The notes below the pieces were generated by a model, which was not told where the DNA came from, ran no database searches, and saw nothing but the letters and a program-made list of their open reading frames with translations. The position numbers and the translations under genes are program-made. Shown piece after piece: positions 1 to 13,500 of a stretch of DNA of 64,000 bases; the stretch's first letter is position 1; each line of letters begins with the position of its first letter. The DNA lies in the NCBI RefSeq assembly GCF_964355755.1, contig NC_092672.1, forward strand, positions 16,629,237 through 16,693,236. The letters are read 5' to 3'. This DNA comes from Antedon mediterranea. Its lineage: Eukaryota; Animalia; Echinodermata.

Positions 1-3000
1 AAGTTTTTTTGAAAATCACAAAATGGTCTAAAATGTCTCAAAATGCGATTTGAAGCTATTCTAAGCTCTTTGGTGTTTTTATGTTAACAAGTTTTTTTCA
101 AAATCACAAAATGGTCTAAAACGTCTCCAAATGCGATTTGAAGCTATTCTGTACACTTTGATGTTTTTATTTTAACAAATTTTTTCGAAAATCACAAAAG
201 GGTGTAAAATGTCTAAAAATGCGATTTGAAGCTATTCTAAGCACTTTGGTGTTTTTATGTTAACAAGTTTTTTCAAAAATCACAAAATGGTCTAAAACGT
301 CTCCAAATGCGATTTGAAGTTATTCTGTACACTTTGATGTTTTTATGTTAACAAGTTTTTTCGAAAATCACAAAATGGTTTAAAACTTCTCCAAATGCGA
401 TTTGAAGCTATTTTAAGCACTTTGGTGTTTTTATGTTAACAAGTTTTTTCGAAAATCACAAAATGGTCTAAAATGTCTCAAAATGCGATTTGAAGCTATT
501 CTAAGCTCTTTGGTGTTTTTATGTTAACAAGTTTTTTCGAAAATCACAAAAGGGTCTAAAATGTCTCAAAATGCGATTTGAAGCTAATCTAAGCACTTTG
601 GTGTTTTTATGGTAACAAGTTTTTTCGAAAATCACAAAATGGTCTAAAACGTCTCCAAATGCAATTTGAAACTATTTTAAGCACTTTGGTGTTTTTGTGT
701 AACCAAGTTTTTTCGAAAATCACAAAAGGGTCTAAAATGTCTCAAAATGCGATTTGAAGCTATTCTAAGCACTTTGGTGTTTTTATGTTAACAAGTTTTT
801 TCGAAAATCACAAAATGGTCTAAAACGTCTCCAAATGCGATTTGAAGCTATTCTAAGCACTTTGGTGTTTTTATGTTAACAAGTTTTTTCGGAAATCACA
901 AAAAGGTCTAAAACGTCTCCAAATACGATTTGAAGCTATTCTGTACACTTTGCTGTTTTGTGTGAAAAATTTTTGTCGAAATGCTCAAAATGGTCAAAAA
1001 CGTTTTTAAATACGATATTAAGCTATTTTGTGCTCTTTAATGTTTTTGTGTGAAAAGTTTTATCGAAATGCTCAAAATGGTCTAAAACGGTTTCTAATGT
1101 GATTTTAAGCACTTTGATGTTTTTATGTTAACAAGTTTTTTCGAAAATCACAGAATGGTCTAAAACGTCTCCAAATGCGATTTGAAGTTATTCTGTGCAC
1201 TTTGCTGTTTTGTTTGAAAATTTTTTGTCTAAATGCTCAAAATGGTCAAAAACGTTTTTAAATACGATATTAAGCTATTTTGTGCTCTTTGATGTTTTTG
1301 TGTGAAAAGTTTTATCGAAATGCTCAAAATGGTCTAAAACGGTTTCTAATGTGATTTGAAGCACTTTGATGTTTTTATGTTAACAAGTTTTTTCAAAAAT
1401 CACAAAAGGGTCTAAAATGTCTCAAAATGCGATTTGAAGCTATTCTAAGCACTTTGGTGTTTTTATGTTAACAAGTTTTTTCGAAAATCACAAAATGGTC
1501 TAAAACGTCTCCAAATGCGATTTGAAGTTTTTCTGTGCACTTTGCTGTTTTGTGTGAAATTTTTTTGTCGAAATGCTCAAAATGGTCAAAAACGTTTTTA
1601 AATACGATATTAATCTATTTTGGGCTCTTTGATGTTTTTGTGTGAAAAGTTTTATCGAAATGCTCAAAATGGTCTAAAACGGTTTCTAATGTGATTTTAA
1701 GCACTTTGATGTTTTTATGTTAACAAGTTTTTTCGAAAATCACAGAATGGTCTAAAACGTCTCCAAATGCGATTTGAAGTTATTCTGTGCACTTTGCTGT
1801 TTTGTGTGAAAATTTTTTTTCGAAATGCTCAAAATGGTCAAAAACGTTTTTAAATACGATATTAAGCTATTTTGTGCTCTTTGATGTTTTTGTGTGAAAA
1901 GTTTTATCGAAATGCTCAAAATGGTCTAAAACGGTTTCTAATGTGATTTGAAGCACTTTGATGTTTTTATGTTAACAAGTTTTTTCGAAAATCACAAAAT
2001 GGTCTAAAACGTCTCCAAATGCGATTTGAAGTTATTCTGTGCACTTTGCTGTTTTGTGTAAAAATTTTTTGTCGAAATGCTCAAAATGGTCAAAAACGTT
2101 TTTAAATACGATATTAAGCTATTTTGTGCTCTTTGATGTTTTTGTGTGAAAAGTTTTATCGAAATGCTTAAAATGGTCTAAAACGGTTTCTAATGTGATT
2201 TTAAGCACTTTGATGTTTTTATGTTAACAAGTTTTTTCGAAAATCACAGAATGGTCTAAAACGTCTCCAAATGCGATTTGAAGTTATTCTGTGCACTTTG
2301 CTGTTTTGTTTGAAAATTTTTTGTCTAAATGCTCAAAATGGTCAAAAACGTTTTTAAATACGATATTAAGCTATTTTGTGCTCTTTGATGTTTTTGTGTA
2401 AAAAGTTTTATCGAAATGCTCAAAATGGTCTAAAACGGTTTCTAATGTGATTTTAAGCACTTTGATGTTTTTATGTTAACAAGTTTTTTCGAAAATCACA
2501 GAATGGTCTAAAACGTCTCAAAATGCGATTTGAAGCTATTCTAAGCACTTTGGTGTTTTTATGGTAACAAGTTTTTTCGAAAATCAAAAAATGGTCTAAA
2601 ACGTCTCCAAATGCGATTTGAAGCTATTCTAAGCACTTTGGTGTTTTTATGTTAACAAGTTTTTTTGAAAATCACAAAAAGGTCTAAAACGTCTCCAAAT
2701 ACGATTTGAAGCTATTCTGTACACTTTGCTGTTTTGTGTGAACATTTTTTGTCGAAATGCTCAAAATGGTCTAAAACGGTTTCTAATGTGATTTTAAGCA
2801 CTTTGATGTTTTTATGTTAACAAGTTTTTTCGAAAATCACAGAATGGTCTAAAACGTCTCCAAATGCGATTTGAAGTTATTCTGTGCACTTTGCTGTTTT
2901 GTTTGAAAATTTTTTGTCTAAATGCTCAAAATGGTCAAAAACGTTTTTAAATACGATATTAAGCTATTTTGTGCTCTTTGATGTTTTTGTGTGAAAAGTT

Positions 3001-6000
3001 TTATCGAAATGCTCAAAATGGTCTAAAACGGTTTCTAATGTGATTTGAAGCACTTTGATGTTTTTATGTTAACAAGTTTTTTCAAAAATCACAAAAGGGT
3101 CTAAAATGTCTCAAAATGCGATTTGAAGCTATTCTAAGCACTTTGGTGTTTTTATGTTAACAAGTTTTTTCGAAAATCACAAAATGGTCTAAAACGTCTC
3201 CAAATGCGATTTGAAGTTATTCTGTGCACTTTGCGGTTTTGTGTGAAATTTTTTTGTCGAAATGCTCAAAATGGTCAAAAACGTTTTTAAATACGATATT
3301 AATCTATTTTGGGCTCTTTGATGTTTTTGTGTGAAAAGTTTTATCGAAATGCTCAAAATGGTCTAAAACGGTTTCTAATGTGATTTTAAGCACTTTGATG
3401 TTTTTATGTTAACAAGTTTTTTCGAAAATCACAGAATGGTCTAAAACGTCTCCAAATGCGATTTGAAGTTATTCTGTGCACTTTGCTGTTTTGTGTGAAA
3501 ATTTTTTTTCGAAATGCTCAAAATGGTCAAAAACGTTTTTAAATACGATATTAAGCTATTTTGTGCTCTTTGATGTTTTTGTGTGAAAAGTTTTATCGAA
3601 ATGCTCAAAATGGTCTAAAACGGTTTCTAATGTGATTTGAAGCACTTTGATGTTTTTATGTTAACAAGTTTTTTCGAAAATCACAAAATGGTCTAAAACG
3701 TCTCCAAATGCGATTTGAAGTTATTCTGTGCACTTTGCTGTTTTGTGTAAAAATTTTTTGTCGAAATGCTCAAAATGGTCAAAAACGTTTTTAAATACGA
3801 TATTAAGCTATTTTGTGCTCTTTGATGTTTTTGTGTGAAAAGTTTTATCGAAATGCTTAAAATGGTCTAAAACGGTTTCTAATGTGATTTTAAGCACTTT
3901 GATGTTTTTATGTTAACAAGTTTTTTCGAAAATCACAGAATGGTCTAAAACGTCTCCAAATGCGATTTGAAGTTATTCTGTGCACTTTGCTGTTTTGTTT
4001 GAAAATTTTTTGTCTAAATGCTCAAAATGGTCAAAACGTTTTTAAATACGATATTAAGCTATTTTGTGCTCTTTGATGTTTTTGTGTAAAAAGTTTTATC
4101 GAAATGCTCAAAATGGTCTAAAACGGTTTCTAATGTGATTTTAAGCACTTTGATGTTTTTATGTTAACAAGTTTTTTCGAAAATCACAGAATGGTCTAAA
4201 ACGTCTCAAAATGCGATTTGAAGCTATTCTAAGCACTTTGGTGTTTTTATGGTAACAAGTTTTTTCGAAAATCAAAAAATGGTCTAAAACGTCTCCAAAT
4301 GCGATTTGAAGCTATTCTAAGCACTTTGGTGTTTTTATGTTAACAAGTTTTTTTGAAAATCACAAAAAGGTCTAAAACGTCTCCAAATACGATTTGAAGC
4401 TATTCTGTACACTTTGCTGTTTTGTGTGAACATTTTTTGTCGAAATGCTCAAAATGGTCTAAAACGGTTTCTAATGTGATTTTAAGCACTTTGATGTTTT
4501 TATGTTAACAAGTTTTTTCGAAAATCACAAAGTGGTCTAAAATGTCTCCAAATGCGATTTGAAGCTATTCTTAGCACTTTGGTGTTTTTATGTTAACAAG
4601 TTTTTTCGAAAATCACAAAAAGGTCTAAAACGTCTCCAAATACGATTTGAAGCTATTCTGTACACTTTGCTGTTTTGTGTGAAAAATTTTTGTCGAAATG
4701 CTCAAAATGGTCAAAAACGTTTTTAAATACGATATTAAGCTATTTTGTGCTCTTTGATGTTTTTGTGTGAAAAGTTTTATCGAAATGCTCAAAATGGTCT
4801 AAAACGGTTTCTAATGTGATTTTAAGCACTTTGATGTTTTTATGTTAACAAGTTTTTTCGAAAATCACAAAGTGGTCTAAAATGTCTCCAAATGCGATTT
4901 GAAGCTATTCTTAGCACTTTGGAATTTTTATGTTAACAAGTTTTTTCGAAAATCACAAAAGGGTCTAAAATGTCTCAAAATGCGATTTGAAGCTATTCTA
5001 AGCACTTTGGTGTTTTTATGTTAACAAGTTTTTTCGAAAATCACAAAATGGTCTAAAATGTCTCAAAATGCGATTTGAAGCTATTCTAAGCTCTTTGGTG
5101 TTTTTATGTTAACAAGTTTTTTCGAAAATCACAAAAGGGTCTAAAATGTCTCAAAATGCGATTTGAAGCTAATCTAAGCACTTTGGTGTTTTTATGGTAA
5201 CAAGTTTTTTCGAAAATCACAAAATGGTCTAAAACGTCTCCAAATGCAATTTGAAGCTATTTTAAGCACTTTGGTGTTTTTGTGTAACCAAGTTTTTTCG
5301 AAAATCACAAAAGGGTCTAAAATGTCTCAAAATGCGATTTGAAGCTATTCTAAGCACTTTGGTGTTTTTATGTTAACAAGTTTTTTCGGAAATCACAAAA
5401 AGGTCTAAAACGTCTCCAAATACGATTTGAAGCTATTCTGTACACTTTGCTGTTTTGTGTGAAAAATTTTTGTCGAAATGCTCAAAATGGTCAAAAACGT
5501 TTTTAAATACGATATTAAGCTATTTTGTGCTCTTTAATGTTTTTGTGTGAAAAGTTTTATCGAAATGCTCAAAATGGTCTAAAACGGTTTCTAATGTGAT
5601 TTTAAGCACTTTGATGTTTTTATGTTAACAAGTTTTTTCGAAAATCACAGAATGGTCTAAAACGTCTCCAAATGCGATTTGAAGTTATTCTGTGCACTTT
5701 GCTGTTTTGTTTGAAAATTTTTTGTCTAAATGCTCAAAATGGTCAAAAACGTTTTTAAATACGATATTAAGCTATTTTGTGCTCTTTGATGTTTTTGTGT
5801 GAAAAGTTTTATCGAAATGCTCAAAATGGTCTAAAACGGTTTCTAATGTGATTTGAAGCACTTTGATGTTTTTATGTTAACAAGTTTTTTCAAAAATCAC
5901 AAAAGGGTCTAAAATGTCTCAAAATGCGATTTGAAGCTATTCTAAGCACTTTGGTGTTTTTATGTTAACAAGTTTTTTCGAAAATCACAGAATGGTCTAA

Positions 6001-9000
6001 AACGTCTCCAAATGCGATTTGAAGTTATTCTGTGCACTTTGCTGTTTTGTTTGAAAATTTTTTGTCTAAATGCTCAAAATGGTCAAAAACGTTTTTAAAT
6101 ACGATATTAAGCTATTTTGTGCTCTTTGATGTTTTTGTGTAAAAAGTTTTATCGAAATGCTCAAAATGGTCTAAAACGGTTTCTAATGTGATTTTAAGCA
6201 CTTTGATGTTTTTATGTTAACAAGTTTTTTCGAAAATCACAGAATGGTCTAAAACGTCTCAAAATGCGATTTGAAGCTATTCTAAGCACTTTGGTGTTTT
6301 TATGGTAACAAGTTTTTTTGAAAATCAAAAAATGGTCTAAAACGTCTCCAAATGCGATTTGAAGCTATTCTAAGCACTTTGGTGTTTTTATGTTAACAAG
6401 TTTTTTTGAAAATCACAAAAAGGTCTAAAACGTCTCCAAATACGATTTGAAGCTATTCTGTACACTTTGCTGTTTTGTGTGAACATTTTTTGTCGAAATG
6501 CTCAAAATGGTCTAAAACGGTTTCTAATGTGATTTTAAGCACTTTGATGTTTTTATGTTAACAAGTTTTTTCGAAAATCACAGAATGGTCTAAAACGTCT
6601 CCAAATGCGATTTGAAGTTATTCTGTGCACTTTGCTGTTTTGTTTGAAAATTTTTTGTCTAAATGCTCAAAATGGTCAAAAACGTTTTTAAATACGATAT
6701 TAAGCTATTTTGTGCTCTTTGATGTTTTTGTGTGAAAAGTTTTATCGAAATGCTCAAAATGGTCTAAAACGGTTTCTAATGTGATTTGAAGCACTTTGAT
6801 GTTTTTATGTTAACAAGTTTTTTCAAAAATCACAAAAGGGTCTAAAATGTCTCAAAATGCGATTTGAAGCTATTCTAAGCACTTTGGTGTTTTTATGTTA
6901 ACAAGTTTTTTCGAAAATCACAAAATGGTCTAAAACGTCTCCAAATGCGATTTGAAGTTATTCTGTGCACTTTGCGGTTTTGTGTGAAATTTTTTTGTCG
7001 AAATGCTCAAAATGGTCAAAAACGTTTTTAAATACGATATTAATCTATTTTGGGCTCTTTGATGTTTTTGTGTGAAAAGTTTTATCGAAATGCTCAAAAT
7101 GGTCTAAAACGGTTTCTAATGTGATTTTAAGCACTTTGATGTTTTTATGTTAACAAGTTTTTTCGAAAATCACAGAATGGTCTAAAACGTCTCCAAATGC
7201 GATTTGAAGTTATTCTGTGCACTTTGCTGTTTTGTGTGAAAATTTTTTTTCGAAATGCTCAAAATGGTCAAAAACGTTTTTAAATACGATATTAAGCTAT
7301 TTTGTGCTCTTTGATGTTTTTGTGTGAAAAGTTTTATCGAAATGCTCAAAATGGTCTAAAACGGTTTCTAATGTGATTTGAAGCACTTTGATGTTTTTAT
7401 GTTAACAAGTTTTTTCGAAAATCACAAAATGGTCTAAAACGTCTCCAAATGCGATTTGAAGTTATTCTGTGCACTTTGCTGTTTTGTGTAAAAATTTTTT
7501 GTCGAAATGCTCAAAATGGTCAAAAACGTTTTTAAATACGATATTAAGCTATTTTGTGCTCTTTGATGTTTTTGTGTGAAAAGTTTTATCGAAATGCTTA
7601 AAATGGTCTAAAACGGTTTCTAATGTGATTTTAAGCACTTTGATGTTTTTATGTTAACAAGTTTTTTCGAAAATCACAGAATGGTCTAAAACGTCTCCAA
7701 ATGCGATTTGAAGTTATTCTGTGCACTTTGCTGTTTTGTTTGAAAATTTTTTGTCTAAATGCTCAAAATGGTCAAAACGTTTTTAAATACGATATTAAGC
7801 TATTTTGTGCTCTTTGATGTTTTTGTGTAAAAAGTTTTATCGAAATGCTCAAAATGGTCTAAAACGGTTTCTAATGTGATTTTAAGCACTTTGATGTTTT
7901 TATGTTAACAAGTTTTTTCGAAAATCACAGAATGGTCTAAAACGTCTCAAAATGCGATTTGAAGCTATTCTAAGCACTTTGGTGTTTTTATGGTAACAAG
8001 TTTTTTCGAAAATCAAAAAATGGTCTAAAACGTCTCCAAATGCGATTTGAAGCTATTCTAAGCACTTTGGTGTTTTTATGTTAACAAGTTTTTTTGAAAA
8101 TCACAAAAAGGTCTAAAACGTCTCCAAATACGATTTGAAGCTATTCTGTACACTTTGCTGTTTTGTGTGAACATTTTTTGTCGAAATGCTCAAAATGGTC
8201 TAAAACGGTTTCTAATGTGATTTTAAGCACTTTGATGTTTTTATGTTAACAAGTTTTTTCGAAAATCACAAAGTGGTCTAAAATGTCTCCAAATGCGATT
8301 TGAAGCTATTCTTAGCACTTTGGTGTTTTTATGTTAACAAGTTTTTTCGAAAATCACAAAAAGGTCTAAAACGTCTCCAAATACGATTTGAAGCTATTCT
8401 GTACACTTTGCTGTTTTGTGTGAAAAATTTTTGTCGAAATGCTCAAAATGGTCAAAAACGTTTTTAAATACGATATTAAGCTATTTTGTGCTCTTTAATG
8501 TTTTTGTGTGAAAAGTTTTATCGAAATGCTCAAAATGGTCTAAAACGGTTTCTAATGTGATTTTAAGCACTTTGATGTTTTTATGTTAACAAGTTTTTTC
8601 GAAAATCACAGAATGGTCTAAAACGTCTCCAAATGCGATTTGAAGTTATTCTGTGCACTTTGCTGTTTTGTTTGAAAATTTTTTGTCTAAATGCTCAAAA
8701 TGGTCAAAAACGTTTTTAAATACGATATTAAGCTATTTTGTGCTCTTTGATGTTTTTGTGTAAAAAGTTTTTTCGAAAATCACAGAATGGTCTAAAACGT
8801 CTCAAAATGCGATTTGAAGCTATTCTAAGCACTTTGGTGTTTTTATGGTAACAAGTTTTTTCGAAAATCAAAAAATGGTCTAAAACGTCTCCAAATGCGA
8901 TTTGAAGCTATTCTAAGCACTTTGGTGTTTTTATGTTAACAAGTTTTTTTGAAAATCACAAAAAGGTCTAAAACGTCTCCAAATACGATTTGAAGCTATT

Positions 9001-10583
9001 CTGTACACTTTGCTGTTTTGTGTGAAAATTTTTTGTCGAAATGCTCAAAATGGTCTAAAACGGTTTCTAATGTGATTTTAAGCACTTTTATGTTTTTATG
9101 TTAACAAGTTTTTTCGAAAATCACAAAGTGGTCTAAAATGTCTCCAAATGCGATTTGAAGCTATTCTTAGCACTTTGGTGTTTTTATGTTAACAAGTTTT
9201 TTCGAAAATCACAAAAAGGTCTAAAACGTCTCCAAATGCGATTTGAAGTTATTCTGTGCACTTTGCTTTTTTGTGTGAAAATTTTTTTTTCGAAATTCTC
9301 AAAATGGTCAAAAACGTTTTTAAATACGATATTAAGCTGTTTTGTGCTCTTTGATGTTTTTGTGTGAAAAGTTTTATCGAAATGCTCAAAATGGTCTAAA
9401 ACGGTTTCTAATGTGATTTTAAGCACTTTGGTGTTGTTATGTTAACAAGTTTTTTCGAAAAACACAAAATGGTCTAAAATGCGATTTGAAGCTATTCTTA
9501 GCACTTTGGTGTTTTTATGTTAACAAGTTTTTTCGAAAATCACAAAAAGGTCTAAAACGTCTCCAAATACGATTTGAAGCTACTTTTCTGTTTTGTGTGA
9601 AATTTTTTTGTCGAAATGCTCAAAATGGTCAAAAACGTTTTTAAATACGATATTAAGCTATTTTGTGCTCTTTGATGTTTTTGTGTGAAAAGTTTTATCG
9701 AAATGCTCAAAATGGTCTAAAACGGTTTCTAATGTGATTTTAAGCACTTTGATGTTTTTATGTTAACAAGTTTTTTCGAAAATCACAAAGTGGTCTAAAA
9801 TGTCTCCAAATGCGATTTGAAGCTATTCTTAGCACTTTGGAATTTTTATGTTAACAAGTTTTTTCGAAAATCACAAAAGGGTCTAAAATGTCTCAAAATG
9901 CGATTTGAAGCTATTCTAAGCACTTTGGTGTTTTTATGTTAACAAGTTTTTTCGAAAATCACAAAATGGTCTAAAATGTCTGAAAATGCGATTTGAAGCT
10001 ATTCTAAGCTCTTTGGTGTTTTTATGTTAACAAGTTTTTTCAAAAATCACAAAAGGGTCTAAAATGTCTCAAAATGCGATTTGAAGCTAATCTAAGCACT
10101 TTGGTGTTTTTATTGTAACAAGTTTTTTCGAAAATCACAAAATGGTCTAAAACGTCTCCAAATGCAATTTGAAGCTATTTTAAGCACTTTGGTGTTTTTG
10201 TGTAACCAAGTTTTTTTCGAAAATCACAAAAGGGTCTAAAATGTCTCAAAATGCGATTTGAAGCTATTCTAAGCACTTTGGTGTTTTTATGTTAACAAGT
10301 TTTTTCGAAAATCACAAAATGGTCTAAAACGTCTCCAAATGCGATTTGAAGCTATTCTAAGCACTTTGGTGTTTTTATGTTAACAAGTTTTTTCGGAAAT
10401 CACAAAAAGGTCTAAAACGTCTCCAAATACGATTTGAAGCTATTCTGTACACTTTGCTGTTTTGTGTGAAAAATTTTTGTCGAAATGCTCAAAATGGTCA
10501 AAAACGTTTTTAAATACGATATTAAGCTATTTTGTGCTCTTTAATGTTTTTTGTGTGAAAAGTTTTATCGAAATGCTCAAAAT
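1..10583 (+). repeat. Satellite array block 1 (88-bp monomer; 252-bp A-B-C higher-order unit), + orientation
   Basis: Monomer AAGTTTTTTCGAAAATCACAAAATGGTCTAAAACGTCTCCAAATGCGATTTGAAGCTATTCTAAGCACTTTGGTGTTTTTATGTTAAC recurs at 1, 89, 177. The C-type marker GGTTTCTAAT recurs at 1681, 1933, 2185, 2437 (252-bp period). Continues beyond the window start. Confidence 0.98.
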
Positions 10584-13500
10584 CGCATTTGGAGACGTTT
10601 TAGACCATTTTTTGATTTTCGAAAAAACTTGTTAACATAAAAACACCAAAGTGCTTAGAATAGCTTCAAATCGCATTTTGAGACGTTTTTGACCATTCTG
10701 TGATTTTCGAAAAAACTTGTTAACATAAAAACATCAAAGTGCTTAAAATCACATTAGAATCCGTTTTAGACCATTTTGAGCATTTCGATAAAACTTTTCA
10801 AACAAAAACATCAAAGAGCACAAAATAGCTTAATATCGTATTTAAAAACGTTTTTGACCATTTTGAGCATTTCGACAAAAAATTTTCACACAAAACAGCA
10901 AAGTGCACAGAATAACTTCAAATCGCATTTGGAGACGTTTTAGACAATTTTGTGATTTTCGAAAAAACTTGTTAACATAAAAACACCAAAGTGCTAAGAA
11001 TAGCTTCAAATCGCATTTGGAGACATTTTAGACCATTTTGTGATTTTCGAAAAAACTTATTAAGATAAAAACATCAAAGTGTACACAATAGCTTCAAATC
11101 GCATTTGGAGACGTTTTAGACCATTTTGTGATTTTCGAAAAAACTTGTTAACATAAAAATTCCAAAGTGCTAAGAATAGCTTCATATCGCATTTGGAGAC
11201 ATTTTAGACCATTTTGTGATTTTCGAAAAAACTTGTTAATATAAAAACATCAAAGTGTACAGAATAGCTTCAAATCGCATTTGGAGACGTTTTAGACCCT
11301 TTTGTGATTTTCGAAAAAACTTGTTAACATAAAAACATCAAAGTGCTTAGAATAGCTTCAAATCGCATCTTGAGACGTTTTAGACCATTCTGTGATTTTC
11401 GAAAAAACTTTTTAACATAAAAACATCAAAGTGCTTAAAATCACATTAGAAACCGTTTTAGACCATTTTGAGCATTTCGATAAAACTTTTCACACAAAAA
11501 CATTAAAGAGCACAAAATAGCTTAATATCGTATTTAAAAACGTTTTTGACCATTTTGAGCATTTCGACAAAAATTTTTCACACAAAACAGCAAAGTGTAC
11601 AGAATAGCTTCAAATTGTATTTGGAGACGTTTTAGACCTTTTTGTGATTTTCGAAAAAACTTGTTAACATAAAAACACCAAAGTGCTTAGAATAGCTTCA
11701 AATCGCATTTTGAGACGTTTTAGACCATTCTGTGATTTTCGAAAAAACTTGTTAAGATAAAAACATCAAAGTGCTTAAAATCACATTAGAAACCGTTTTA
11801 GACCATTTTGAGCATTTCGATAAAACTTTTCACAAAAAAACATCAAAGAGCACAAAATAGCTTAATATCGTATTTAAAAACGTTTTTGACCATTTTGAGC
11901 ATTTCGACAAAAAATTTTCAAACAAAACAGCAAAGTGCACAGAATAACTTCAAATCGCATTTGGAGACGTTTTAGACCATTTTGTGATTTTCGAAAAAAC
12001 TTGTTAACATAAAAACATCAAAGTGCTTAAAATCACATTAGAAACCGTTTTAGACCATTTTGAGCATTTCGATAAAACTTTTCACACAAAAACATCAAAG
12101 AGCCCAAAATAGATTAATATCGTATTTAAAAACGTTTTTGACCATTTTGAGCATTTCGACAAAAAAATTTCACACAAAACAGCAAAGTGCACAGAATAAC
12201 TTCAAATCGCATTTGGAGACGTTTTAGACCATTTTGTGATTTTCGAAAAAACTTGTTAACATAAAAACACCAAAGTGCTTAGAATAGCTTCAAATCGCAT
12301 TTTGAGACATTTTAGACCCTTTTGTGATTTTTGAAAAAACTTGTTAACATAAAAACATCAAAGTGCTTCAAATCACATTAGAAACCGTTTTAGACCATTT
12401 TGAGCATTTCGATAAAACTTTTCACACAAAAACATCAAAGAACACAAAATAGCTTAATATCGTATTTAAAAACGTTTTTGACCATTTTGAGCATTTAGAC
12501 AAAAAATTTTCAAACAAAACAGCAAAGTGCACAGAATAACTTCAAATCGCATTTGGAGACGTTTTAGACCATTCTGTGATTTTCGAAAAAACTTGTTGAC
12601 ATAAAAACATCAAAGTCCTTAAAATCACATTAGAAACCGTTTTAGACCATTTTGAGCATTTCGATAAAACTTTTCACACAAAAAACATTAAAGAGCACAA
12701 AATAGCTTAATATCGTATTTAAAAACGTTTTTGACCATTTTGAGCATTTCGACAAAAAATTTTCACACAAAACAGCAAAGTGTACAGAATAGCTTCAAAT
12801 CGTATTTGGAGACGTTTTAGACCTTTTTGTGATTTCCGAAAAAACTTGTTAACATAAAAACACCAAAGTGCTTAGAATAGCTTCAAATCACATTTGGAGA
12901 CGTTTTAGACCATTTTGTGATTTTCGAAAAAACTTGTTAACATAAAAACACCAAAGTGCTTAGAATAGCTTCAAATCACATTTTGAGACATTTTAGACCC
13001 TTTTGTGATTTTCGAAAAAACTTGGTTACACAAAAACACCAAAGTGCTTAGATTAGCTTCAAATCGCATTTTGAGACATTTTAGACCATTTTGTGATTTT
13101 CGAAAAAACTTGTTAACATAAAAACACCAAAGTGCTTAAAATAGCTTCAAATCGCATTTGGAGAAGTTTTAAACCATTTTGTGATTTTCGAAAAAACTTG
13201 TTAACATAAAAACATCAAAGTGTACAGAATAACTTCAAATCGCATTTGGAGACGTTTTAGACCATTTTGTGATTTTTGAAAAAACTTGTTAACATAAAAA
13301 CATCAAAGTGCTTCAAATCACATTAGAAACCGTTTTAGACCATTTTGAGAATTTCGATAAAACTTTTCACACAAAAACATCAAAGAGCACAAAATAGCTT
13401 AATATCGTATTTAAAAACGTTTTTGACCATTTTGAGCATTTAGACAAAAAATTTTGAAACAAAACAGCAAAGTGCACAGAATAACTTCAAATCGCATTTG

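Noticed and set aside
441-470. CENP-B box at TTCG in the monomer
   Set aside because: Lacks the downstream CGGG of TTCGnnnnAnnCGGG.
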